A stretch of DNA of 64,000 nt, from the NCBI GenBank assembly GCA_030704615.1, contig CM060734.1, positions 49,662,001 through 49,726,000 on the forward strand, given 5' to 3'. Numbering within the stretch: the stretch's first letter is position 1; every line of letters begins with the position of its first letter. Under the pieces are notes generated by a model. The model made no database searches and was not told the origin of the DNA. It was given only the letters and a program-made list of their open reading frames with translations. Origin of the DNA: Takakia lepidozioides. Taxonomy: Eukaryota; Plantae; Bryophyta. Shown here piece by piece: positions 35,630 to 49,878 of the stretch. Both the position numbers and the translations under genes were made by a program.

Positions 35630-38600
35630 ATGAGCGCGGTAATCGTGCCCCCGATTCTCAATCTGCAGGCAGATTGCCAAGCTCTGCGCGAGGCATTCAA
35701 AGGTATGTCTGTATCCACTACAGGGCCACGTCGCTGAATCTATAAGGGCATTACCCCACGTTTCCCTCTCTTCAAAGGGATGAGGGCGACTGGTCTACCT
35801 TTTTTCCCTACTACCAACACTTCTCATTATGACCCTTGGCAGAATTTCATAGATGATGGTCGCAGTCAAGTAGCACACTTGTTAACATACTTATTCTTCT
35901 GCTTCTAGCGAGTGAAAGAATCAGATGCAAGTTTCAAATGTGATTCGCACACTATTCTGATGTATCTAGGAACTCAATTAAACAATCCATTCATGAATCG
36001 ACAATCTGTATAACAATTTATAATTACTGAGCACTGATTTAGTGGATGTGAAGCCTTCCTTCCGTGTCTGGTTTTTTTCTGAATTTGATTCATGAAGTTA
36101 AACAGTTGCGATAGACCTGTTGTACCATGGCTTATGCAAACCTGCTTTGATGGTTTTCAGGTATAGGATGCAATGAGAAGAAGGTCATTGAGATATTGGG
36201 TCACCGAAATCAAGGCCAACGCATCGACATAGCTCAAGCGTACTACAGCCAGTATGGCGAGAGTTTGCATAAGCGTCTCAGGTCCGAACTGAGCGGGAAG
36301 CTTGAGGTTGGTCTCTCACCCGCTCATCACAACATTCGATTTGAAAGAAAGTATTGTGTTTTAGATCTTGAATCTAAATCTCATCTGTGAGAACTTCAAA
36401 ATAAAAGGGTTTGGTTTCTAGACCCAATGAAGAGCTTTTTGGTTGCACCAGAGGGTATTGAATAAAGTTTAGTATCCCTGGCTTGGGTTTTATGCCTCTC
36501 TCTTTTCTCTTTCCGTCCCACCCGATGGCTATATCTCTGGTTGATGTTGAAGGACCATGTGGGACCCTGAGAGGCCTTTGCCATATGAGGACCCGATGTG
36601 CTTATTGGCCTACCTGCATAAGGTGCTTCGTTTTGGTTCCGCTTTGGGGGTTTAGTTTCTGTGGTTTTACTGCCACCCAGAGTATACTTCTGTGTCTCTT
36701 GGTTTGTTGTACCCTGTTCCATGTCCCTTGTGGCCCTGTCTGGCCGCGATGAAGTCCATTTCATTCTTTCTTTCCCTCTTGGCAGCATATTTGCATGAGG
36801 TGTTGACCCTTTGATGATCCCGAGATCAATAGTTGATTTGGGGCTGCTTATTGAGGGTCCCACTCTTACTTGTTTCATGCTTTCGCTTGTCCCATCAGCT
36901 CTTTGAGTTTTTTGGTGTATCGTTTCATTTCATTTCTCCCTTTCTCTCACACTCATAAGCCCGTTGTGTGGGCAACCTGAAGACAATATTCATTTTCTGA
37001 TTCATTGTCCTTTGTACTCTCATGAGAGAGACGCCCTCTTCATATCCGTTGTGCCTGAACCTCTGTCTACCAACTTTGAAAGTCTCGAGGCTGAGCCAAA
37101 AGCCCAGGCCCTTTTGGGGCCTAGTTATTGGGCAAACCACACACAGCCGATTGATGCTTGTGTGAAGGGATTTCTAGAGGATATCTGGAAAACTCGAATT
37201 AATAGTCTGTTCCAAGGTAAGTCATACTACTTGCATCAGCCCCTGACAAAAGGTAGATTCTGTCGCTTGGTGTTCCGCTCAAACTGAGCGTGGGGTCAAT
37301 GGCCACAAGGCTGCGGCAAACGTCTTATGAGTGCACTCATGAGCTTTTAGTCATGAGGCTCCTTTCTGTCTTCTCTCTCTCTTAAGACACAGTGGATGAT
37401 GAGTGCTTCATGATCTTTATCACAAATGCAATTCAAGCTATTAAGATCAATCGCCCTGGGTCATTCTGTAAGGTCATGGTAGGCCTGGTGTAGGTACTCT
37501 CTCATACACACACCTGAGGACATTTTTTTTAATCCTAGCACAGGAGTAAAGCTTGAATCTGATGGGCTTATGTTTGCATTGGGGGAAAAGAAAGCAGTTT
37601 TATTATGGATGATGGAGCCAGCTGAGCGTGACGCCGTGCTACTCTATGAGTCTATGAAGGGGGCGGGCAGAAAAGACCGTGCATTAATTAGTCTGGTTTG
37701 CACACAGACATCTGGGCATCTCTATTTGATAAAGCAAGCTTATTATACCATGTTCAATCAAACTTTAGAAAACCACATTGAAGGAATCAGCAAGGGCGAG
37801 TATCAAAAGGTATGTGGCAGTGCACTGCACACACTTGTCTGAGTTAGGGAGTAAGCGGAGTGACAGAGAGCAAGAAAGTTTCTCTTGTAAGCTCTACTGC
37901 ATTGCAGTTGCAAGTAGATGCCTTAGCCTTTTGGCCATACATTCCACCAGTCCAGGTGGTCTCCCTACAGGACTGCCCTCTCCAGACGACTTTGATTACA
38001 ATTGCAAGATGGAGGGTTACTTTAGCTGGAGAGTGCAAGGTAGAGACTGTGACCAAGGCCATTGGGGAGGGAGTGAGGGTCAGTGCAGGGCCTCTCACAG
38101 CATTCATCTGTTGCAGATCGTGATGACTTGAAGGAGTCTGTTCAGTACTCAGATAAGTAAAGTAGCTTTCCCAAGTTCAACTGACTTACTTGTCAACACT
38201 TTGTCTTGCTCACCTCGGCTTGAGAAGCAGACCTCTTGGACCTTCTGGCGTACACCTTCTGCAAAGAAAAAGGATAATCAAGAGAGGTTGCCAACTGTAA
38301 CAAAGGTACTTTATTATTAGCCTTCCTTTTTCCTCTCAGTCTTATGTAGACATCGAGACCCCAGAAAGGTTGTTGAGAGGATGGATGTTTACTAGAGCAC
38401 GTGTTCTCTTTCTCCTTCCTTTTGGTGCACTCTATGGACCCAAAAATGACATTGATGCTTGAAGGGGAGGACTCAGATCCCTGCCCAGGATTGAAGCCCA
38501 CATAGCAGAAACAATCTAATAACAACTGGCTGCCTCATTCTTTGGTTCTTATGTTTCCAAAACAGTACAGCTCTGTGTGTATTTATTGCAACATCAAGCA

Positions 38601-40539
38601 CTGTTCACAGTGATAACAATCTGGTTACAATCGGTGTTGCTGGTCTTTGTTACTGTTAGTAGAAGCCACAATTGAGGTCAGTTTCACAAGTTTGTGTAGG
38701 GTTGATGTCTATCCTGAGTTCAGAGTATTAACACCTATCAAGCTATGGCATCCTGCAGCTGCTGCTCGCCCTTGTGAGAGGCAACCGACCTGAAACAACA
38801 CAAGTTGATCGACATATTGCTTTGACAGACGCACATCTATTGAACAAGGCCAATGACCGGCGATTGGCCAGTAATGAGGATACATTAGTACGCATTCTCA
38901 GCACCCGCAGCACAGCTCAGTTGGCTGCCACTTTTAACTATTTTCATCAACATTATGGACATGACTTTGAGAAGGTTGGTTTAAATATTCCATGGAAGCA
39001 CGACCCCCCCCTCCCCTCCCCTCGTAGTATCCTTTTTCCTTTCCAGTAAAAATGTCTAAAATTTTTCTTCCTTGTTTACTAAATTTATTAGTCTTCCACT
39101 CTTAATCCTTCAGCTTTGTCCATACTTGGCATGCAATGATGTTCATGAATGAGTTCACAGCCTCTGAGATAATCCAGAAGTCTACATATGTCAATATACA
39201 GCATCAAGTGATACTTTGGTATAAAAAATTATGAGCCGATGTAGTGACAGGGCTGAGACAGTTAGAGATTTTACTATTAGTTCAGGCTGACATCTGGGTT
39301 CTGGGAAAGGAAGAAATCCTGATCCTTTCTCTTAACCTACCTAGGAGTTGAACTCTGCAAGGATTGCAGCTGGGTCTCAGAGGCAGAAGATGAAGTGCTG
39401 TGCAAGTTTGCTCTGCCAGGGGATTGACTCAAGTGAGAAGGTCTATGCTCCTCCATGTTCTAAGGCCAGCCATAGACTGTAAGGAGGCATTCCAAACATA
39501 AGGATAGCCTTGAAGCCGTACAACTTGGTGCAATGAATTCTATTTGCCAGGCTTCTCTAAAGCCATCAATGTTGATGCCAAATCATTATTCCGATCACAA
39601 ACCACAAGACACTGTACCCTAATTCTCTACCTCCTTATCAACCATGGCAACCTGTCCAATGGGCTGAGTCTTGCTGGCTCTTAAAATGAGGCTGAAAATA
39701 TTGGAGCTGGCTCATTGTGTGCAGGTCCTTAAGAGAGAAGGATCCGGATTTTTCGAAGAGGCCCTTTTAGCAGTTGTTCAGTGTGTTCGCTCTCCAAGCC
39801 AATTTTTTTCCCAGGTACACACATGATTTTGAGAATCTACATGTCCACTTGGGGTTTGCATGTGTTGAAATCATCAGTTAAATCTTTCTACACTACAGAC
39901 AGATCCTGTCGTCTTCAACCCCATGGGATGTAGCCTTCTTTTGAGTGAATCCCCCATTTAAAATGCTAGAGCTGTCATACAGCAAATGGTTTCTCCTGCT
40001 GCTGTACGGTAAGCATGTTTGGTGGCTCAATGGAGGTGTCATAGTGCCAGCTGCTGTGCACAACAGTGGTCTTATCTGTGTCTTCTAAGCACCTTTCTAA
40101 AGTTGGGTGGCTGGAACCATGACATCTAAAGAATCTTGATGAGTGGAGCTTCCTATGCCTTGTGGTTTATTTTTGATGTAGGTAAATGGATTGGGTATTG
40201 TTTGTCATGTACCATTGGCTGAAGTTGCTCAGCAAATTGTCCATTGTCTTGATTGATCTGGATGACACTTGCTCTTCACACTCTGACTGTGGCACTGGCA
40301 CTCAGGAATTGTACAACGCAATGGAGGGAATGGCGACAGATGACGATTCGTTAATCCGTGTTATAACAACGCGTGCTGAGACTGACATGCAATACATTAA
40401 GTTAGAGTTTGCGGGTCAGTACAAGAGAAGTCTGGATCAAATGATCTGTGCCGAAATCTCAGGCAACTACAGGAATTTTCTTCTAACCCTTATTGGCCAT
40501 GGGAGTTTGAGCCTTTACAGTCCAAGAGCTTCAAGGTAA
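35630..40539 (+). CDS. ANN: Annexin, 325 aa, six coding exons: 35630-35702, 36161-36306, 37591-37809, 38759-38974, 39725-39814, 40306-40539
   Basis: All introns GT..AG; exons sum to 978 nt in frame. Four annexin repeats (AFKGIGCNE..ILGHR, PAERDA, LVRILSTRS, LIRVITTRAE); exon sizes 146/219/90 match the usual plant annexin layout. Confidence 0.93.
36950..37382 (+). mobile_element. LINE 3' end in annexin intron 2
   Basis: Degenerate CCHC finger LCGQPEDNIHFLIHC and IWKTR motif, 3' UTR ending in (TC)n. Confidence 0.65.
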
Positions 40540-41724
40540 TTGGTCACCGATCACAGGGCCCCTATGCAAGTTCACCAAAGTCAAAGTGCCTGTTCACTTT
40601 AGTGTTTGCCCGCTGCATGGAATTGTAGAAAACAGGGTATGTTGGCTGGTTGTTTCTCCATTGCAATGGGGTGTGCTCATTGTACAGAAATCCTGGGCAT
40701 ACTCATACTGCAAGGAGATATGTGCTCATTATTTGTGTATTGCATTGTGTGTCCATTATTAAAATCATCACTGAGCCCACATTTTTGTATTACCACAACC
40801 AAAGTAAAGCTGTCCTGGATTGCTTGTTTGACCAGTATTGAAGCGGGTTTTGTGTATGTAACATAAATTCAAGTAATCCAGTGAGACTGTCTTAGAAATT
40901 TTACCGCATTTGAATGTAGAGTATTTCACAGAGTTTCAGCCAACCTGGTGCCATAGATAAGTAGTTGTGCACTCTAAAATCTCCTATTTTTCTTCAATAT
41001 CGAATCTTTGTTATATTTCTACCTTACGAGGATCTGGCCACCTCTGCAGTGATAGTGGGGGTAGTATGCAGCTTTGCTAGGATCACAGAATCACTCTCAT
41101 TAGAATAACCTAGGGTAAGAACTAAGAACACCTATATATTGTAGTTGTATCCCCATAACTACTGTTACTTCTAACCAATATCAAAAACAATGGTCTGGGT
41201 GGAAAGCTCTTCAGACCCTTAGTGAGCACCTATCACAAGAACCATACCAGCATTTCACTACTTCATCTAAGCACATCCAGACCACAGTTGTTCACCTAAA
41301 AGACATAGGTGGGAGCTTCTAAGCACCCATACATTATGCAGATAATCAGTAACATAACAGCCAGGAAGTGTAACTTCCTTGGCTTCACTGATTACAACCC
41401 GTCCTATCACACATCAGCACCAGCTATGCTAATGAGGTTACTGTTTAATTAGACAAGGCCAAATGACTAAAAATGGATGGTTAACTAACATATGTAACAA
41501 CTCTTCACTTCTCATTAATGCTAGTGACACAATAGCATCCCAAGTGAGGTCGAATCCAGCTCCATAGATATGTGGAGCACACCCAGCACAACTGGCGACC
41601 TCCCCATGACCTAGCTATAGGATGAGAGTTACCAATTCTATAACCAAACCACTCCCAGCCTAATTCTAACACTATGCATCTGGCATGAGAGGGATGAAAC
41701 AATTCAAGAAGGAAAACCTTAATC

Positions 41725-42710
41725 TGTAAGATAGAGTGAATATTGGAAGAAACCCAAACGTATTATTGAGTCAAGTCTATCACGAAATTGCCTACCCTCT
41801 TGAATGAAGTCTCTCCCCACCAGATGCTATGAATACCAAGACACTTAGAAATCAGTTGCAGAAGAAAGCCAAACAACACCAATCTATACTCTTGACCCAC
41901 CGGCACCGCAAATATACATTAACGGAGGATAAATTCAAAAAAGGGTATGTTTGGAGTTCTCTTCTACCTCTTCAGACCTAGACCCACCCACCTTTATAAT
42001 CAGCTCTACTATTACACCCCAAATGAACACCTTTAAAAAATAAAAAATTGAGCATAACAAATACAAATCCGTGTATCCTTCAATATATCTTTGATTTATC
42101 CTTTGGGTATATAAAGGAAAACAAATCTATTTATTTGAAGAAAGGGGATGGAGGTCTTTTACTAAATTATATTGAGAGGAGAAAAATCATTTGTCCTTAC
42201 ACTTTAATTATCCTTATGAATATATTGGCCTTTACCCAGCGGATAAATAAATGATCAAATTTTAGTTTACCCTATCCGTAGGACAAATAAGTGGACCTAT
42301 AAATAATTTACCCTTACCCTGGGCCAGAATAAATATATTTTTAATTTTTAATTATCCTTCATTGGAGATAAGCAAAAGTCCATTTATCCGCACCACACGG
42401 ACCACTAGTATATCTGGTTGTCTCTACCTAGTAATCAGAAGTATCATGAATCGTTGAGTGCCTCCAAGGGCATGCATTTGTATATTTGAGAGCTTTAACC
42501 AGTCAAGGTGGGACCCTTCTAGAAAGGTGGGACATATGGCACAAACCCTAACCAGACCCACTCCCGCCACTTAGACACTTGTCCCCAATTTAATAGGTAT
42601 CATCATCCCCTATTTAATAGCTATCAGCTTCTTCCTGTTGTCTTTTTTTGGACCCTTCATTTCGTTAATTAATACAGGTGGCCTTATTACATTGGCCCCC
42701 TCTTTTAACT
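41725..42710 (-). repeat. Probable LTR with adjacent polypurine tract
   Basis: TGTAA...TTACA ends (41725-42691); reverse strand AAAAGAGGGGG just before TGTAATAAGG. No TSD or second copy seen. Confidence 0.5.
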
Positions 42711-42962
42711 CCTAGACCACGCTAATTCCTGGACCACTCTATTAACCGGGAATGAAACTCCTTTACATATTCATTTGCCATGATCCAACATTTATGGATG
42801 TCAGCGGATGGAAGTAATTCCTCAAGGTAAAACGAGGGGTTTAGGGAGAGCACACATGAGAATTTTAAGCGCCCTGAAATAATAAAAACTATGCTCCCTA
42901 GAATTTCTCAAAGTGCCATGGGTCTAGAAATTCAACATTGACCTACCCGCGTGGGTATCACC

Positions 42963-43207
42963 CAGGGTTTCTTTTAAGGAATTTGGAAAATAGCACAAGT
43001 GGCTACAGAGTCTTACAAGAAATAGCCATAAATTCTGTTCATCCACTTAAATTCATCCATATCTGTCCATATTTGGCAAATTCATCCATAATTTTTTTTA
43101 AGTCTGGCGATTTCATCCATGAAAAAACAGGGAATTTGCGACAGAATATTCGATTTTATTTTTTGAGGTCGCAATCTGGCGATAAATCACCAATAAAAGA
43201 AACGCTG
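42963..43207. mobile_element. hAT-type MITE
   Basis: TIRs CAGGGTTTCTTTTA / TAAAAGAAACGCTG with a perfect 8-bp TSD GTATCACC. Confidence 0.88.
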
Positions 43208-45218
43208 GTATCACCATAACAAATATCACCTTATGGGTGTACTTGGGTAAGAAGCCAAACCATGACAATTTACCCCGCAAGATTTCACATACAGAGCAGC
43301 CTATATCAGTTTGTTGGAATTTCGGTCTGCTTTTTGGGGGAGAGAGTCCCTTGGGTGCCTAATCAGATTATGGAGGGCATCTGCCTCAAAAATTTCAAAT
43401 TGACACTTGAATTTAGTGGTCAAACCATTTTTGCCATGCAATCTTAAGATATATTTATAAATTGGGGCAGATTATTTTGTTATAATCTCCCAAATGCAAT
43501 GGTCAAATTGCCTACATTTTTTACAAGACGTGGATATAGTAGATATGCACATAAGTATAAGGTTCATCCCCCTGGATGATTGGAGGTAAAAAATTACACC
43601 CTTATCCATGAGGGTATGCACTATTTTTAGTGGGCCCACCAAAATAGTGCTTATCGTTTAAGGGTTAAATATTCACTCACTAATAAGTGGTTGGGTCCAA
43701 TTGCACACTCTTCCGTCTCAAGGGTTACTTCTCAACTACATTGAGTTACTTCTCAACTACATTGATAGGAAATTAGTAAATTATATTTCCCTCAAGGAAG
43801 TGGCACTGGGGTAGTGAGGTACGTAGCTAGCTAGATTCACTCTGTAAATCTATTCTCTTATGTTTTGTACAGCCGAATGGCCAAATGGGAATGTATCACA
43901 CCTGTCAGTTCAATCCTGTTCAGTTAGGCACATGAGTGGTGAAGATTCTTTACTAAATATGCGACTAAACTTGTTGCAGTTCCTTGAGATTTTTTTTATA
44001 ACCTGCAAAAGAGTTTTAACTTACCATGTCATTGAATGTTCTTTAAGATTTACATGTCTTGTCAGCCCTTCAAATCTTGTCATAATAGTATTCTACCTGG
44101 TCAAGCTAGCAACCCACATCCACATGTGGATACCACCACCAACTCTTTCTCAGGCCTGCTTTTTTTACATGTTTCCCTTGGCACAAAGTATGTGACTTAT
44201 CTGTCAATTTCTTTTGTGCACAATATCTCATGTACAATGCATGGTTACCTATTACAGAAAGCTTGCAAATTTTGAGAAAAACAGCAGCCGACTGTTTTTA
44301 TTGTGTATTACAGTAATGTTCTACATCTTTATCTCTGAAAGTTTGACATATTTTATTACACTTCTTAGCTCCTTATTATACTCCAAATGGAACATTTGTG
44401 GGACGGAGGCCCTGATTATGATAATTACCATCTCCTTGAAACATGTTTATATGTATTAATATAATATCTAGGTATATATAAATATATACATATTTTCTTA
44501 AGAGGTATATGATAAAATAAAATCGACTCTCGCCAATCATAGTACAATTTGCATTTTATCGGTATATTTATATAAGCTGGTTTATTTAATTTTAAATTAT
44601 TTGTAAAATTATTTTATGTTACATGTGCTATGTACTTATTAATAAATTTCAATCTACTATGTATCATTTTAGTTTATTTCATCTTCTCCATAAGAGAAAA
44701 ACTGCGACATTTTGTATCATTATAAATTACAAAGAAAATATTACTTTAAATAGGTATGAATTGCTCATCTAGTCTAATAGCTCACTTTTGGAAAGATTAG
44801 GTGATCTCCAAATTTTACCTTTAAATGATTTTTCAATTGTCCTTGCAAAAGTTGCACATCCTCACTTGATTTACTCTGAGAATCTTATACCTATTAACGC
44901 CCTTTCAAATTATATATTTTGGTTGCTAAGGCCTCATGGCAGCCTTCGGGCATGTGAGGGTTTTAATTTTTTTCCCTTCGATAATCCTTAATAAAACTTT
45001 CTAGGGCTTCCTCCCCTTCCAATTTTAAAGAAAAAACAAGACATTGTACATAATTTATTAAAATTCTACGTTGGAGTGTCTCACACATGCATACTGTTAC
45101 ATATTTGCAACTTTTGCTGTCCAGGTGTTCAGTGACATGTTGTGACTTATAAGTATGTTCTTATGATTTGCAAAGAGATATTGAGAACAGAGAGAAAAAC
45201 TTAGCATATGTACTATTC

Positions 45219-46610
45219 ATGGCTAGTGATGGTTCTTCACATGGAGGTTTTCACTCATTTCAAATAGTAAGAGAGTTTTTATTTTGAAATTTTAACAATA
45301 TATCAATAATACACACTTTTATGTATCTAAGTCACTGAATTATTGTTGTCTGGCAAGACTCTGCCCTGCTTCAAAATATCAGTGATCAATTACTGTTAAT
45401 TTATATGCCAAGGAGTTCAGGGAAAAAAAAATGTACAGATGGTTTATTCTATTAATTTGTATATACATTACAATCGTATATTGTTAATGAACAAAATACA
45501 TCGAGTAAATAGCTACAAAGGTGGGAATTATGAATTTAACTTTGCCATATTAGCAGGAAATGGCACACATTTCAATATCGAATTATTTAATACATAAAAA
45601 TACTATTTAACTGTCAAAACATGAATGCTATATTTTAAGTTACACGGGAGACATAATCAAGTATATTAAGGTGTATATGATGTAATTTTATCACAGCTAC
45701 TGGACGCATGTATGCAGGACGTCTTCACGAGATGTTGAATAGTAAATATAATGGCACCAACTCACCACAATGGAAGGTTGTTGAATGTCTTTTTATATAT
45801 CCTGATTCCAAACAAACATGTTATGAGTATTCTAGCATACAAATTAGAATGTTTCAAGTCAATCTTCAAATGCTGCATGTAATTAGTATGTCAAGGTATT
45901 TTTGTGAACTCGTGAAATTTCATACATGATCTTGAACTAACTAGATTTGACTGCCCAAATTAGATATTACTTTTACAATTTCATGTAAATCGAATTTCCT
46001 TATCTCAGATAGATAGAGTATTCAAATAGGTTTTCTTGTTTATATGTATAAAACCTAGAGTGCTTGGTGATCATTAATCAGGTGCTTATAATGGATGAGA
46101 TGACAATAAAGATAATGTCATGCTCATGGAAGATGTCAGATATCACCGACAAAGGCATCTCTTGTAAATAGTTTTTAGTGTTCACCTTTTATCTTGTCTT
46201 CACCTTTTATGCACATGTATGCTAAAGGAAAATTATCATCATATCTCTGCATTCTATAAATAAATATTTTAAAATAAAGTCCTTGACATATTAATTTATA
46301 TTTCTGAGGTGCCCATAGACTACTTTTTATCATCTAGGAGTGACACAGAACAATCTTGACCATCAACTTCGCAACTTTTCTTTTGTTGCTTATCTGTTTT
46401 TTTCATGGATGAAGTGGTGGATCAATTTTATAGTGCAATAATTTTACAGTGGATTAAGTCCAAAAGCAACATTGAGCTGATTTAGAACGTAGAACTGACA
46501 CGTTTTGTGTTGTGGATCTTCTTTAATACAGTGGTAGAAAATTTGATGAAAAGTAGAGAACCATTACCCGCTCTTGAGGCTTTCTATTTTATTCAACCAT
46601 CTGAGGACAT
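45219..46610 (+). pseudogene. SEC1: SEC1/Munc18-family (KEULE-like) 5' fragment, exons ~45219-45274, 45718-45776, 46082-46163, 46532-46610
   Basis: Spliced translation MASDGSSHGG...RLHEML...WK/VLIMDEMTIKIMSCSWKMSDITDKGIS/LVENLMKSREPLPALEAFYFIQPSED. The exon 4 donor reads AT instead of GT and no further exons were recognised. Confidence 0.85.
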
Positions 46611-47241
46611 ATTAGTGTGTAATGGAGAAGTACGATGTAGTATGTGAATTAAGACAAATATGCCAGTTGACTCGTGAATGATGTTTCAAGCACAACAGGT
46701 AATCCTCGTTCAGAGCGTTCATGAGTTTTGCTACTTGCTTTGGGCTTGCTCCCAAATCCCTCGCCCATTGAGCTATAGTTTCACTTTGCAGACCTAATCT
46801 AGCAGGTGTTGGTGGAGACAAGTCGTCTGAGCCCATATCGTATCTCCTAAGCCTACTCTCAACAAAGCAAGACACACTACATGGAGAAATTGAATGTTGC
46901 AGAGCTTCGGGAAACAATGCAAGTAAATAATAGCGCCGAAACGAGGGACACAACAACGGGAACCTGCAGCTCTATGCGAGCGAATGCAAGCATGAAACCA
47001 ACATCAATGAAGGCGCAGGTACCTCAAGGTATAAGACAAAATTTATATCTTATACATCATCTTCATTTATGGAAATGCTTGTGCAGTGTAAGAGTATTAA
47101 TTGGAGATATGTCTAGCAAAACATCTTTGTACAAAAAGTAAGTTTGGCTTTATGTTAGTGATGGGATGTTTAGAATTCCTCGAGAAAACATGGCAGTTTT
47201 CTAACTATTGATGCAAGTGGAATTTTCTCTTTTGTTACTTT

Positions 47242-47535
47242 TTGCATGAGCCCTATGCCAAAACATATGGCTTCATTTGTAATAAGCGACTCGAAGGCTT
47301 CGTCTGTAGCTCTATTTTGCTTGCCAAACAGATTCCGGATTGCAATGTGAACCTTCCGCAGACAGAAGGGGGCATCGCAACTGTCAAATGTATTTGGGAT
47401 GACGGGACTACTTATACGGTTCACAATCCACAGTCCAACTGGGGGTGTTGCGATTGTCGTCATGCCCGCAAAGGGAATATGTGTACGCATCAGGTCAAGG
47501 TTTCGCAAATGATGCACCCCAACTTGGAGTCCTAA
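47242..47535 (+). mobile_element. SWIM zinc-finger fragment (MULE-derived family)
   Basis: YTVHNP...WGCCDC......NMCTHQVKV (CxC-x7-CxH). Confidence 0.75.
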
Positions 47536-47548
47536 TAGGCAGGATGAT

Positions 47549-48370
47549 ATGATCTATCCACCACACGACTATTCCCAAGCTGTCAATCCCACGGATTTCT
47601 TTGTTCTTCCAATGGGTCCAAATGGATGTCAGCCCGGATATTATGTCCTGGTGCTAGATGTCGGGTTCCTATGTGAGGTCTACCTCCAGAATGGGCCAAA
47701 AACCCCTCCCGCAATGCAACCTTGTATCTCCACTGGAAGATTTAAGTTAGCAATGCGACATGAGGTATGAGGCTTCCTCAAATGGGTCGTCAAGAAGTTT
47801 TGGGTCATCTTATGGAACACTAGCAAAGAAGAGACTGTCGTGGATTTCATATCAGCCTTGTTCGGGAGGAACGCCCACAAGGTCATGCATTACAGTTCCG
47901 ACCAATGTGTGGAACATAGACTTACTTTCAACACATATTGGCCTACGCTGCCTAAGGCCCCAATCTACTTCAAACGACTTTACGACTTGTTCGTAGACCC
48001 CGACTCTAAAGCCTACAGGTCTAACACCCTGCTTATCAACGTCGTTGGGAACATGTACAAGTCTTTCCTCAATCCTCTGAGCCTGGTCATCTTCCTACCT
48101 AAATACGAAGCACTTGTAGATCCATACAATGATGATTTTTTGATGGGTCATCTGAAGCCCCACCTGGAGAAGTTGAGGCATTAAAAAATGGACACTTGGG
48201 CCTTCAATGAGCAGAACCCTTTTGGAATACCTAAAGATATTTATTTTCAGGATGCTAGAGTGAAATTCATTAATCGCTGGGACTTTCCATGGCTTAAGAA
48301 CAAGGAGGAATGGGATGCATATCTAAGGTACCTAGAGGCCCTGGAAGTGGAACATGAGATATTAAAGTGA
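47549..48370 (+). pseudogene. FCP1/NIF HAD-like domain 1
   Basis: One frame with two stops: VLVLDV...RHEV*GFLKWV..FWVILWN...DQC...YFKRL...NTLLI...KSFLNP...EQNPFG. Confidence 0.65.
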
Positions 48371-48476
48371 CTAGTTTTGAGAATGAATTGGGATTCTGAG
48401 GTCATTGAGTTCCTTATCTGTTCATGGGATTCTTCTTTTTTTGATTTACTTAAGTGTCTTTATCACTCCTTCACAG

Positions 48477-49196
48477 ATCAGACAGCCTGGATCTCCACCT
48501 GTGAGGGGACCCCGCTTGATAATTTTTGACGTTAATGGAGTGATATGCAAAATAACGAAGCGCCAGAGCCCAGGAAATGTTCCACGTTTTTTGGAATCTG
48601 ATTACAGCATTCCTGCTATTGTTGGGTATCGACAAATCTTCAGACGGAAGATGTACCGGGAATTTTGGCAAGAGTTACACAAGCACTTCATTTTAGGTAT
48701 CTGGAGCTGCATGGTGCTTAAAAGCTCAAATATCGTTCTGGATTTGCTCCTACGTGGTCTTCCACGGCCAGCGTTCATCATGTCGCAGGAGGATTGTATC
48801 CTTTGCCCAAGCAATCTACACCCAAATTACTGAACGGGACAAGATCAACCTTTTGTGTTCTTGAAACCACTCCTTAAAGTATGGCAGAGTTCTGAAGGTT
48901 TTTACAATCAGAGTAACACTCTGCTAATTGATGATACGGCTTTGAAGTGTTTGCTGAACCCTCCTGAATCTTGTCTTTTTCTCAAGTCTTTTGAGAACAT
49001 CGACGTCGATGATTTCATCCTTCTCAAACTTAGAGATTTCTTGCTTAGCTTCTTGAAAATTGAGAACGTCTCAAGCTTCTTGAAAGCAAGGAGAATAAGA
49101 TATCCACCTTTCAAAGTTAACGATCCACAGTTCAAGCCTCTTCTTGACTATATTGACAATTCACAATATCGTGATTTCCGAGTAAATGATAAGTAA
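48477..49196 (+). pseudogene. FCP1/NIF HAD-like domain 2
   Basis: One frame, one stop: LIIFDVNGVI...FILGIWSC...SQEDC...FLKPLLKVW...NTLLIDDTALKCLLNP. Confidence 0.8.
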
Positions 49197-49878
49197 ATAT
49201 TCGCGTCATACTGTTGACACAGTTTACTATTTAAAATTAATTGTGAAGACCATGGAATTTCAGTCTTCTTCTGATATTCTTTTGTTTTGCATGGAAATTG
49301 TTATATTGCCAAACCATATGTACGGATCAATGGATTCGTTGTTCCTTTATGTCCGTCGATTTCTTTTCGGAACCACGCGTGGTTACGCGTTCTTCCAACT
49401 CAACTTTGTTGACATATATTTCATTTGCAGGTATGCCCATATCAATATGTTCTCTATGCCACAAATGCATCTCCAATTGACGAAACAATATCGTCTGATA
49501 TTGTTGACGATGTAGAAATGATCAGGCCAGAAGCTTTCCAAGGACCTAACAACTTGTTGTCTACTTAGACATCCATTGTTGTTATGGAGAGTGATCCCAT
49601 CAGTGTTTCGGATGTTGTTTCGAGGCTCAAAATGTCAAAAGGTGAATCCACCGTTAGCAGGGTCGATGATTTAACTGGGGTTGGCTGCATAGTGGAAAAC
49701 AACTTTCAATATCTTGGGGAATCCTCTTTGGAGCCGTCCTTATCCCAACACTTTCCACCACACGCCGTCACGGGGCATCTACATGAGTCTACCGAACAAT
49801 TGGTTGCAACTATCGCTCAACTGCCTCATCATCATGTCGTAATTCCAAGCGGGTCACCAGATCACGAGGGCTGGATAC

